A program made the translations under genes and the position numbers. The notes under the pieces are model-generated. The model was not told the origin of the DNA, did not search any database, and saw only the letters and a list, made by a program, of their open reading frames with translations. A DNA stretch of 64,000 bases. Origin: Octopus vulgaris. Its lineage: Eukaryota. Location: the NCBI GenBank assembly GCA_951406725.2, contig OX597821.1:8122001-8186000 (forward strand), read 5' to 3'. Shown in pieces: positions 41,316 through 53,140 of the stretch (the stretch's first letter is position 1; the number at the start of each line of letters is the position of its first letter).

Positions 41316-41712
41316 AGGTAGCGAGTTAGCAGAGTGGTTAGAGCGTCGGAAAAATATGCTTTGTAGAATTGCTTCCGGCTCATTACATACTGAGTTCAAA
41401 TTCCTCCGAGGTCAACTTTATTTTTCATCCGTTCGGGATCAATAAAATAAGGTACTTGGGCCGATGGTATAGATAAAACCTCTCCTTTCAAAATTGCCGG
41501 AATAATTAAGGTGGCGAACTGGCAGAATCGTTAGCACATCTGAAAGAATACTTTGCGGTATTTCATTCGACTCTTTTTATGTTCTGAGTTCAAATTCCGT
41601 GAGGTTAGCTTTGCTTTTCAGCCTTTCAGGGTCGATAAAATAAGTACCATTTGAGCACAGTCGATTTCCCCTCACCATTAATACTGCTGACCTTGTGTCA
41701 AAGTTTGAAACC
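41316..41712 (+). mobile_element. Two head-to-tail SINE family A copies
   Basis: Two A-box/B-box/Meta-like sets starting at ~41316 and ~41508. Confidence 0.75.
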
Positions 41713-41716
41713 ATTA

Positions 41717-44175
41717 CACTATGCAACAAAGATTTTGTTGCAGAAAACCAAATTGGTGTCCCTAGCTAATTTCAGTATGCAGATTTCAAATCTATAATTA
41801 GAGTTTTTTCCATCACGTCTAGATTTTGCGTAAAATGCTTGTCACTTAGTAAAATTTCCTACCACATTCAGATTTTGGTTTTAATCGGCTTAATGTCAGT
41901 AATATGAAACCTGCTTCTCAAGGTTAAAGCAATTTTTGTTTGCCAACTAAATACAAATTCTAACGATTTTGATCAATACAATTTATCCCCAGTCGGCAAT
42001 ACTCATTAATCCAGAGCATAGTAACAGCCCAGCGGTCAGTCACAATGTGACAGTCAAGCTGAGCGGTTGTTGTAGCTCTCTGCTAATAAGCAAGTAACAA
42101 GCTGTGATAATTTGTGTGTTTTTATAGTATTTGTTTTGTTTTGTACTTCATAATTATTACTTTGTACGTTTTTTTACCCAGATATTGTATGGTAATTAAA
42201 ATGCAATCAAATAGATGTGCTTCTGTAAATCACCAGACAATTTCTGCTCTATCTGTGGACAATATAAGCCACAACGTAGAAACATAACGACAAAAAATAA
42301 ACTCGCCTACAAGTATTATTTTGACTGTAAGTTTGGAGAGCAAGAGGGACTGGGCACCACGTAATTGATGTACACAGTGCAATGCAATGTTAATAGATAG
42401 GATGAATGGTAAAAGAAAAGCTATACCGTTTTCAGTCCCCACGGTTTGGCATGAGTCGAAAAATCACTTCAATGATTGTTATTTTTGTTTGACAAAGATT
42501 GCTGGTTTCACAGAGAAAAACAACTCAAAAGTCATGTACCGAAACTGTGAACCAGCAATAAAACCAGTACCGTATCATGAAACAAATCCATTACCAGTTC
42601 CTCCAGCAACGACAACAGTCAGAAGTTCATCTGAAGATTCTGCTAGTGATATAGAAATAGGGAAAGATGGCGTATATGTTCTAGATGCAACTAGTTCCCC
42701 ACATTTGTTAGTTCAAGCAGAGTTAAATGACTTAGCGTGCGATTTGGAATTACCAAGAGTAGGCAGAGTTGATTGGTTCCAGACTTCAAGAATAGAATTT
42801 TCTCCAACCAAACACCAAATTTTCTCATTTCCGCCATTGCTCATCTGTAGGTTTCATCGTTTTACTTACAGGAAGGAAACGTTCGTTTCTGACACGATAT
42901 CAGTGGCCTGATGGAAAGGATTGGCTTTCGCTATGATCCAAAAGAATGGAGACAGTTCATTGACTCTAGTAAAGCTTGACATAAAACTGTATACTGCACA
43001 ACGGCAATGATAAAAACTTCAATACCTGGCCTTAATGAGACTTATGAATCAAAGGAACTGCTGCTAAGACTCATCAAATATAAGAACCACATATGAAATA
43101 TTTGTGGCGACCTTGAAGTTGTATCATTACTTTTTGGGTTGTGCCTATCGCTTGCAGACGTGACAAGAAGCACTATAAAAATTCATGTTTGGCCCTCAAG
43201 AACTGAACATATTGGCAAACACAATGTGAAACACCCAGCGCTCATTGATCCCCAGAAAGTATATCTTCCACCACTTCACATTAAACTTGGCCTTATGAAA
43301 AATTTCGAGGAGAGTACGATCATCAAGGTAGTGGTTTTCAATATTTAAAGGTTAAATTCAAAGGAACTTTGACAGATGTTTAGCTAGAAGCTGGAGTTTT
43401 CATTGGACCACAGATTCATAGTGTCATCCATGACTCATCGTTTCCATTTAATCGAAATGAAAATGAACTAGGAACATGGATATCTTTTGTTGAAGTTATC
43501 AAAATTTTCTTGGAAACCACAAAGCTGAAAACCATTGTGAACTCGTAGAAAAACATGCTTAAATTTTATGAAAAAATGGGATGCAGAATGTCTTTGAAAA
43601 TGCAGTATTTTTTACATTGTCATCTTGACTTCTTTCCGGCCAACCTTAGGGCTAGGAGTGACGAGCAAGGTGAACGCTTCCATCGACAGATCTCAGTTAT
43701 GGAAAACAGATACCAAGGTAATTTCAACCCAGATAGGATTGGAGATTATAGTTGGTTCCTGCAGAAGGAGAGCTTGTCATCCTACTAGTGCCAAAGGGAG
43801 AGGAAACACCAAAGTTTTACTTACAAACAGGAAGTTGCTTTCTAGTAGTAACAACAACATACTAGCACTCTTTGGGTGGATGGCTGGGTGTAGGAGTGGT
43901 AACTCCGCCAGCGGTATTCCACTGCCAGGATATAAGAGGTAAGACATCCCGGTTCACTAAGTATTTAACATGAAATGTGGCACAGAAAAGTAACTTAGAC
44001 GGCTTTCGTAATAGAAGCGGATGAGAAAAATGAGAAGTAGGGGTTTTAGGTTACACAAAATCTGGATGTGATAGAGAAATTTAGAGATCAGATCTGAAAT
44101 TAGCAACATAAATTTGGTAGGAATCAGTAGCTTACGTGCCTGTAATAAAAATAAGTTGAAATTTGCGGCCTGGTG
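41717..44175 (+). mobile_element. Chapaev3 (CMC superfamily) DNA transposon, terminus to terminus, decayed transposase at ~42200-43790
   Basis: TTA-CAC...GTG-TTA ends; subterminal inverted match catcacgtctagattttgcgtaa / ttacacaaaatctggatgtgat; motifs PDNFCSICGQY, PFSVPTVWHESKNHFNDCYFC, LPPLHIKLGLMKNF, MSLKMQYFLHCHLDFFPANL..SDEQGERFH..MENRYQG. Confidence 0.85.
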
Positions 44176-44761
44176 TTATTATTATGATTTAGTCCCAGGT
44201 CAAACTTGAATGATTCTTTGATTAAATGCAGTCCAGCAACAATCAGCTCGTCTGTTTTGTGTTATCTTGAACTACATCGTTTAATGTGTCATTTCCTTTT
44301 TAAAGACGATGGAAGAGAGGATAGGATGATTTAAGGGAGTTATTGTTGCTATTTCCAGTATCTTGAGTGACCACATAGAGACTCTCTTAGAAACAGAACA
44401 AATAACGCTAGGCACTCTATCCAACGCGCTAACAACTCTGCCAATTTGCTACTGTAATATATTTGCTTATGATTTCAGAATAAACTACGAAAGTTATATC
44501 GAGTTTTTAGTTGACTTGGAGAAATCAGGCCAACAGCGTTCAACTGTGACAAATATGAAGTTTTAACAATAACATAAAGCGGATAAAACAAATATAATTT
44601 ACAGTATGGCTACATAGGTAATAAATTAGTGGAAACAGCTGTAATCTTTAGAATATAAGTGAGATCTTTACGTTTTATTCTCTTTCTCTCTTTCTCACAC
44701 ACAAGGAAGTATTTTTCTTTAAAAACTATTTTAAGTCTAATTTTCACTGCTCCTCCCTTCG

Positions 44762-44817
44762 ATGTTCACTTAAAGAGAATAACAAGCTATGGCTTGTTAT
44801 TCTCTTTAAGTGAACAT
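44762..44817. repeat. Perfect 26-bp-arm hairpin inside a probable non-autonomous element (~44600-45095)
   Basis: atgttcacttaaagagaataacaagc-tatg-gcttgttattctctttaagtgaacat. Confidence 0.85.
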
Positions 44818-45187
44818 TTTTCTGGTTGAAATACACCGAAAAATGGCGATACAGCAGTCAAAAAATCGTAAAAAATAGGGATTTTCATAGAAAAAAAAGC
44901 ACTTTTTTGATGTAAATAATTTTTGGTGTTAACATGGTCCAAATGTAATTTTTTCTTATACGGAAGGAAGAGCAAGCCTTCTTCTATCATACTCTCAATT
45001 TTGGTCAACTTGCGCCGCAGGGTCTCAGAGGAGATAGTGTTAGTTGAAGGCTACCAAACCTGCCGCACACAGACAACTTCAGCTTTATATAGAGAGAGAT
45101 TATTATAACTTTTGTGAAATCTGCGTATGTCGTGAAACTTCTGGTTTATTTCGCACGCCCCCTTTACTCTCGCTCTGTTCCTCTGAA

Positions 45188-45231
45188 TGTATGTATGTAT
45201 GTATGTATATATGTATGTATGTATGTATGTA

Positions 45232-45268
<37 letters not shown>

Positions 45269-45479
45269 ATGTATGTATGTGTGTGTGTATGCATGTGTGT
45301 ATGTATGTATGTATGTATGAATGTATGTATGTATGTATGTATGTATGTATGTATGTGTGTGTGTGTATGTATGTATGTATGTATGTATGTATGTATGTAT
45401 GTGTGTGTGTATGCATGTGTGTATGTATGTATGTATGTATGTATGTATGTATGTATGTATGTATGTATGTATGTATGTA

Positions 45480-45510
<31 letters not shown>

Positions 45511-46185
45511 ATGTATGTGTGTGTGTATGTATGTATGTATGTATGTATGTATGTATGTATGTATGTATGTATGTATGTATGTATGTATGTATGTGTGTGT
45601 ATGTATGTATGTATGTATGTATGTATGTATGTATGTATGTATGTATGTATGTATGTATGTTTGTATGTATGTATGTATGTATGTATGTATGTATGTATGT
45701 ATGTATGTATGTATGTATGTGTGTATGTATGTATGTATGTATGTATGTATGTATGTATGTATGTATGTATGTATGTATGTATGTGTGTATGTATGTATGT
45801 ATGTGTGTGTGTGTGTATGTGTGTGTGTATGCATGTGTGTATGTATGTATGTATGTATGTATGTTTGTATGCATGTATGTATGTATGTATGTATGTATGT
45901 ATGTTTGTATGTATGTATGTGTGTGTGTATGCATGTGTGTGTGTATGTATGTATGTATGTATGTATGTATGTATGTATGTATGTATGTGTGTATGTACGT
46001 ATGCGTGTGTGTATGTATGTATTCTGCATATTCATGTGTTTGTGTGTGTGATTGTTTGTGTGTGTGTATGTATGTATGTATGTATGTGTGTATGTGTGTA
46101 TGTATGTGTGTATGTATGTATGTATGTATGTATGTATGTATGTATGTGTGTATGTGTGTGTGTATGTATGCATGCATGTATGTGT
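45188..46185. repeat. (TATG)n/(TG)n microsatellite, ~1 kb
   Basis: Direct reading. Confidence 0.97.
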
Positions 46186-46954
46186 TTCTTTGTTTACTTT
46201 TACCCCAGCCTAAAATAAAACAACGTTGTTTATATTTTGTTCCTTTAAGTTTCATAAATTAACAGCAAGCATTCAGATCAGGCCCCTGTTTCGAGAACAG
46301 CTCCCTTTTTTTTAACCAACAGTATTGTTATCTCCTTTTTATCTCATTCCCAAAATGGATCATAAACATGTTCCCTCCCCTCCTGACTAAGCACCCCCAC
46401 CATAACCCAAAAACAAAACAAACACGCCAAAAGAGTAAAAGGTACAGTTGCTGTGAGATAAAGATTTGCTGGTTAGAGATTTCAAACTATTTACCCTCAT
46501 GGATATTTAAATGGTGAACTGGAATTGACTTTAAGTACTAAATATCACAATGATTTGAGAGAGAGAACGAGAAAGAGAGGGGGACAGGGAGAGAGAGAGA
46601 GGGAAAATAAAAATTAAAACATAGAAGAAATGTTCTTGACGCATGTAATATTTGAAGGAGATTTTGCTGATAATTAAAGTGGTACAAAATCACCTGACAT
46701 TCTTAGCAGACCAAAGTCAAATATTCTGAAGAAATACACAAGGAATGTCAAGGGTTTTTGACCTGATTACATAAAACTATCTAGTGTTAACAGGTTAGCT
46801 TCAAATCAGACGCCATATTGGTTTACACACGACTCGATTATAAAATCTGATTCCAAAGAAGAAAAAGCAAAAGGGCACAGGTGTGAGGGAAGGGAATGGG
46901 TGTTAGGCGAGTAAATGAAGTACCCCCCCTACAGCTTGAGTGACCCAGGAAGGA

Positions 46955-47455
46955 AGAATGGCAAATTTGATCCCGCTGGAATTTGAACTGAGAATGTAAT
47001 GAATCGGGAGCCGTAAGGAATTTTGTCCGACAATCTATCGATCCCGCCAGGTCACCGTCCTTAATAATTCTTTCACATTTTAGCAGACGGCCAGCAATTT
47101 GAAGAGAAGGGAGCAGTTGAGTACATTGAGTACATTGGACCTCATTGCTTGACTGGTACTTTAGGATGAAATCCAAATTTGACATGGGCAGGATTTGAAC
47201 TCAGAAGTTTTAAAAGCCAGAAGCGCAATAACAACAATAATTCTTTTAAATTTTGGCACAAGGCCAGCAATTTTGAGAGAAGATGGTAAGTTGATTACAT
47301 CGACTTCAGTACATGACTCATACTTTATTTTATCGATACCGAAAGAATGAAAGGCAAAGTCGACCTCGTCGGCATTTGAATTCAGAACGTCAAACCCTAA
47401 GAAATGCCGCTAAGCATTTTGTCCGTCGCGCTAACGAGTCTGCCAGCTCATTGCC
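46955..47455 (-). mobile_element. Cluster of three SINE family A pieces
   Basis: Repeated ggaatttgaact.agaa and ggccagcaattt..gaga.. segments; last copy near complete. Confidence 0.7.
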
Positions 47456-47884
47456 CGATGGCCGTTGAATAGTATTTAGTAAGTAGTTGTCTCAAAGAAT
47501 TTTTTCTTGAAATACATATTCTTTTACAGGTTAAAGTCACTGGACGTCTGGAGAGGTTTTATTCGATCAATGCGACTGTAGGGTTCTCTAATAGATTAGT
47601 AGATCAGACCATAAGACAACACGAGGAAAAAAATTCCCGAAAATGTTACATAGACGTAGCGGTTCGAGTGCTAGATTTCGACAAAATTGTAATCTTCTAT
47701 CGACCTATGGCTATAGTAGAAGACGCTTGTCCAAGGTGCCACGCAGTGGGACTGAACCCAAAGTCAAGTGGCTGCAAGGTGATCTTACCCAAACAGCCTA
47801 CTTAAGGACTTTGTGCCAAGGAGTTTAATGTGGTGCAATTGAATCCGTCTTTATATCAGTTCACACACACATTCTCATATTCTT

Positions 47885-48074
47885 TCACATGTTTCAGTCA
47901 TTTGACTGCGGCCATGATGGATCACCACCTTGAATGGTTTTAGTCGAGCAAATCGACCCCAGGACTTATTCTAAGCCTAGTACTTATTCTATCTATCACT
48001 ATTGCTGAACAGCTAAGTTACGGGAACATGAACAGACCAACACCGGTTGTCAAACGATGATAGGGTGACAAACG

Positions 48075-48153
<79 letters not shown>

Positions 48154-48694
48154 CACGGGTTTCTTTCAGTTTGTATCTACCAAATCCACCCACAAGGCTT
48201 TTGTTAGCTCGAGTCTATAGAAGAAGACACTTGCGCAAGGTGCCAGGCAGTGGGACTGAACCTGAAACCATATGGTTGAGAAGCAAGCTTGTTACCACAC
48301 GCATGCCTATATATGTATTATTTTTTTGCTTCAGTCATTAGATGGTGGCTATGCTGAGGCACGGCTTTCTGAAGGGGTTTGCCGAACCAATTGACACAGA
48401 ACTTATTTTAAGTTTGGCACTTGTTCTACCGGTCTTTTTTTTTTCTTTTACCAAAACCCTAAGTAATGGGAATGTAAACAAATCCTTGTCGGTTGTCAAA
48501 CCGTAGAGCTACAAACACAGTCACACACACGGACAAAATCGCACACATACATACGCGCGTGCATGCCTCCACATTTACTCACAACACAGTCGACCCGGGG
48601 ATGTAGTAGACACTTGCCGAAATAGCGCCCAGCGGGACTGAAGCACCTCAAAGCCCTTTGGTTTCGAAACAACTTTCTGACCACTCAGCCTTGC

Positions 48695-48697
<3 letters not shown>
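47885..48697 (-). mobile_element. Two adjacent SINE family B copies
   Basis: 47885-48305 (good) and 48325-48697 (diverged) match 27562-27972. Confidence 0.8.
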
Positions 48698-48778
<81 letters not shown>

Positions 48779-48795
48779 TATGTATATGTATGTAA

Positions 48796-48850
<55 letters not shown>

Positions 48851-49093
48851 TATTAATGTTTGCTTTTATGTTATAATAAAATAGTACATATAATTGAACG
48901 ATTACTCAATACATTTGGTAGAGTATAAATTTATTATTCTTTAACAAGAATTGTATTGACAGTGACATCGAAATTTCGGCCGGCCTAAGCAATCATCAGA
49001 GTATATATATATATACATACACACACATATATACATATATACATATATAATGTATATTATATATATATATATATACTTTATTTAAAGCAGCAG

Positions 49094-49215
49094 AAAATTC
49101 AACAAAACCTGTTACTCTGAGATTCCCGTTGCCGTTCATCGGACAGTTTTTGCTAGTTAAAACTGTCCGATGAACGGCAACGGGAATCTCAGAGTAACAG
49201 ATTTTGTTGAATTTT
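49094..49215. ncRNA. Palindromic pair of type I hammerhead-like motifs (+ strand copy 49163-49200; - strand copy 49109-49146)
   Basis: ctgt-CCGATGA-a-cg-gcaa-cg-g-GAAT-ct-cag-a-GTA-acag inside ~55-bp inverted arms; homologue at 56684-56815 has intact GAAAC. Confidence 0.65.
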
Positions 49216-49432
49216 TGTTGAATTTGTTGAATTACTCTACCACTGGTATTTGAGTACTCTTTTTTCCACCTTGTTTCACATTTATGTGTTTACTCCGGTA
49301 TATATATATATATATATATATGTAAATTTTTTGTATACACATTATCGATTCCTAAATCATCCATAGATTTTTATGGTGACTATATATGTATTGACAGAGA
49401 ATTAAGTCCGGAATCAGCCGACTCGAGCAGTG

Positions 49433-49481
49433 CCTATTGATGAGGCTACGGAATTAGCCGAAACAGACCGATCAGTATAGG
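49433..49481 (+). ncRNA. Type I hammerhead ribozyme-like motif (C3U variant)
   Basis: ccta-TTGATGA-ggcta-cggaat-tagcc-GAAAC-aga-ccga-tca-GTA-tagg: stems I, II and III all pair. Confidence 0.75.
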
Positions 49482-49657
49482 GAATTCTCGACTGGTTTTT
49501 TCGGGCGATTACAGTCGTTGTCTGTACATATGTGTATACAATTATGTGCTTTTAGCTCTTATTTCTAGCAACGTAGGTGTTCTAGCACTCAATTCATATT
49601 TAATGACAATTATAGATTTCCTCTTTCGTAACACATTGCACACAGCTGTCTCTATAA

Positions 49658-49693
<36 letters not shown>

Positions 49694-49708
49694 GTATGTA
49701 TACGTATG

Positions 49709-49751
<43 letters not shown>

Positions 49752-49755
<4 letters not shown>

Positions 49756-51462
49756 TTCTACTCCCCTCTGCCCTCTAACCCCACACGTAGCTACCAACAG
49801 ACGGTATCCTCTACTGTCCGCGACCTCATCTCGTCCTCCCGTCTCCCCCGCACCGCATCCAACCTAATTGTGCGAACCCCACGTACCCCCACCATTTACT
49901 TCCTCCCCAAAATCCACAAATCCAACAACCCTGGCCGCCCCATCGTCTCCGCCTGTAACTGCCCCACGGAGCTCATCTCTAAATACCTCGACCGTGTCCT
50001 TGCCCCCCTAGTGGTATCTCTTCCCTCCCACATCCACGATACCAACCATGCTCTCCGGCTTTTCAACTCTTTCTCCTTTCCTCCCGGCTCCTCCAAAATC
50101 CTTTTTACTATGGACATCCAAAGCCTCTATACTCTTATCCCTCACCACGAAGGACTGCAGGCCCTTCGACACTTTCTTGGCCTCCGCTCTAACCCTGTAC
50201 CTGACACCTCCACACTCATTCGTCTGGCCGAACTTGTCCTTACTCTGAACTGCTTCTCGTTCGCGGGCGAGTTCTACCATCAGATCTCGGGAGTGGCCAT
50301 GGGAACGCGAATGGGCCCCAACTATGCGAACCTGTTCGTTGGCTATGTTGAGGCCCAAATATTCTCTAATTTCACTGGTCCCACTCCTGAACTATATGGT
50401 CGTTACATTGACAACATTATCGGTGCCACCTCACTCTCCCGTGAACATCTAGATTCCTTCCTCTCTTTCGTCCAATCTTTCCATCCAGCCCTCCACTTCA
50501 CTTCCACTATCTCCAACACCTCTGTCTCCTTCCTCGACATTTCGGTTAGCATTCTTCACTCCACTCTTACCACCTCCATTCACTACAAACACACAGACTC
50601 ACACTCATACCTCAACTTCTCTTCCTCCCACCCAGAACACACCAAGCTTTCCATCCCCTATTCCCAATTCCTCCGTCTACGTAAGCTCTGTAGTGACGAC
50701 CATGACTTTGAGACTCAGTCTCAACGTATGGCTCACCACTTCACCCTACGTGGATACCCCCTCACCACTATCCACACCGCCCTTGCCAGAGCACAGTCCG
50801 TGGACCGTGTATCTGCTCTCTCTCCCCGAACCCACCCTGTAGTCTCCCGCCTCCCTTTTCCCCTCACTTACCACCCCACGACCCTACGTCTCCAACGCAC
50901 CATTCTTCGAGCTTTCCGTCATCTCCAGTCCGACCCGTCCACTTCACACCTCTTCCCTAACCGACCCCTCCCCTCTTTCAAACGAGCCCACAACCTTCGA
51001 GACCTTTTGGTCCATAGCTCCTTCCCTGACCCTACCTCCCAACCCGGCTCGTTCCCCTGCTCCCGCCCACGTTGCCGCACTTGCCCTTACCTCTCCAACA
51101 CCACCCTCCTCACTAGCACCCACCATCGACCCTATCCCATCATCCACTCCTTCACCTGCACCTCCAGCAATATTATCTATTGCGTCTCTTGCTCTCTCTG
51201 CCATTCCTTGTACATCGGACAAACGGGACGCCGCTTGGCTGACCGGTTCGCGGAACACCTTCGTGACATCCACCTTGCGAACGACACACCGGTCTCACGC
51301 CATTTCCGCTCCACCGGTCACTCCTTGCAACACCTATCTGTGTTCGGTTTGTCCTTACACAGAGGCCATCCGGATTCCCGTTTGCGCCGTGAACAGGAAT
51401 TAATCTTCTCTCTTCGCTCTTATACGCCATTTGGTCTCAACTCTCCCTCCCTCCTCATCTAA
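49752..51462 (+). CDS. PLE reverse transcriptase + GIY-YIG endonuclease (N-terminally truncated; catalytic motif reads YIDN)
   Basis: YFLPKIHK..PGRPIVS, FTMDIQSLYT, GVAMGTRMGPNYANLF, RYIDNI, VSFLDI, Cys linker CSRPRCRTCPY, NIIYCVSCSLCHSLYIGQTGRRLADRFAEH, PFGLN; ORF-track start 49546 is read-through of a TA tract. Confidence 0.93.
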
Positions 51463-51781
51463 CCCCCCTCTCCACCCTCCTCACCTATCCTTCCCCCCGA
51501 CCCCTACTTCTTCAGTCCTTCATCCTTTCACCCCTACTCCCCTTCCCTTCTTCCCTCTTTCTCCCTCCCTCCTTCCCCTCTTCCCCTTCCCTCTGCTCCC
51601 TCACTCCCCTTCTCTCTCCCCCTCCCCCTCTTTCCTCCTTCCTCCCCCCCTCCTCCCCTTCCTTCGCCCCTCCTCCTCTCATCCCCCTCCCGCCCTCTTC
51701 TCTCCTCTTCCCCCCTCTCCCTCTTCTCCTCTCTCCACACTACACCACACGACTTTACACATCACATCATATATGATGTGC

Positions 51782-52135
51782 CATACTAATACATACACCA
51801 ACTAATACATACTAATACGTACTAATACATACTAATACATACTAATACATACACCAACCCTATACATACACACGTCCAGACCTCTCATACGCACTTATAC
51901 TCTCTCATACACACACACACACACTTATACATACTAATACGTACTAATACATACTAATACATACTAATACATACACCAACCCCATACATACGCACGTCCA
52001 GACCTATCATACGCACTAATACTCTCTCATACACACACACACACACACACACACACCCTTATACATACTAATACATACTAATACATACACCAACCCTATA
52101 CATACACACGTCCAGACCTCTCCTACGCACTAATA
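51782..52135 (+). repeat. Minisatellite in PLE 3' UTR
   Basis: (catactaata)n plus three copies of catacaccaacc.(t/c)atacatac.cacgtccagacct.tc.tacgcact. Confidence 0.85.
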
Positions 52136-52302
52136 GCTGGTCATTCAACCCTATTATCAACCCTATTATCTCCCCTTATTTCGCTCTCGCGTCTCATGTT
52201 TGATCTTTGACCTCTGGCCGAAATCAGATCGCCATGTTGATTCGTTAGTTAGTGCACGCATTTTTTTCTCTCCTTCTTTCTGTGTTTTTTTCTCTCTGTG
52301 TA

Positions 52303-52340
52303 TCTTTCTGTTGAAGAGCGTAGGCTCGAAACGTTAAAGA
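52303..52340 (+). ncRNA. Minimal type I hammerhead-like motif at PLE 3' end (A6U core variant)
   Basis: tcttt-CTGTTGA-a-gagc-gtag-gctc-GAAAC-GTT-aaaga; 5-bp stem I, 4-bp stem II, loopless palindromic stem III ACGT. Confidence 0.7.
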
Positions 52341-52437
52341 CTTGTTTTATTTATATTTCCTGAGCGCCATACTAATACAATTGTTCGTTTGTTTTCCACC
52401 TGCCTTCGTCTTTTGTCTATTTTCATAAAGCTTCCCG

Positions 52438-52481
<44 letters not shown>

Positions 52482-52852
52482 ATATATTTGCATATATGTG
52501 TGTGTGTGTGTGTGCATAATATGATTAATATATAAATTCATACAATTCATCGTTTACACACAGAAATTTGATATATATATAAATATATGATAGAAATAAT
52601 GAGTTATATACATATATTTATTCATTTATTGTAGTCTTACACGCGCGCGCACTCTCTCACACACACAGACAGACAGACAGACAGACAGACAGATAGACAC
52701 ACACACACACACCTCTGTGAGCTAGATTTCCGTAAGAATCCTACGAAAAATTTAAGCTGCATATACCGAATGAAACTTTTTAAATAAGTAACTCCTGAAT
52801 GTGTTGTGTGCCTCTTTCTTTCGTTTCCCCACTCGCTCGCATGTGTGTATGT

Positions 52853-52896
<44 letters not shown>

Positions 52897-52976
52897 ATGT
52901 TTGTGTGTATATATATATGCATATATATATAAGTATATATGAATATACATGTAAATGTATATATACACATACATAC

Positions 52977-53042
<66 letters not shown>

Positions 53043-53103
53043 TAATAGTTATCGCCAGTAGTTATCCAGTACCGTTGCCGTAGTCTCCTTTAGTGAGATT
53101 TAG

Positions 53104-53136
<33 letters not shown>

Positions 53137-53140
<4 letters not shown>

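Larger units (their letters stand above)
49752..52440 (+). mobile_element. 5'-truncated Penelope-like element (Neptune-like), inserted in (TA)n
   Basis: RT-GIY-YIG ORF, polypyrimidine and minisatellite 3' UTR, terminal hammerhead-bearing segment, (TA)n on both sides. Confidence 0.92.

Noticed and set aside
45044-46262. Long ORFs of 300+ aa (MYVC/HTYI repeats), and similar YI/CV/LS/IYLS/poly-N ORFs throughout the window
   Set aside because: These are translations of (TATG)n, (TA)n, (CA)n, (GA)n, (TATC)n and (AAT)n microsatellites that lack stops by construction.
47530-47805. Open frame after a splice-acceptor-like ttcttttacag
   Set aside because: No recognisable domain, no clear donor, and it runs into a SINE-B fragment.
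48962-49003. Minus-strand CTGATGA...GAAA motif
   Set aside because: The core words are present but stems I and II do not pair convincingly; kept only as a weak mention.
49546-49751. N-terminal extension of the 638-aa ORF
   Set aside because: Chance read-through of unrelated sequence and TA repeats; PLE homology starts only at ~49752.
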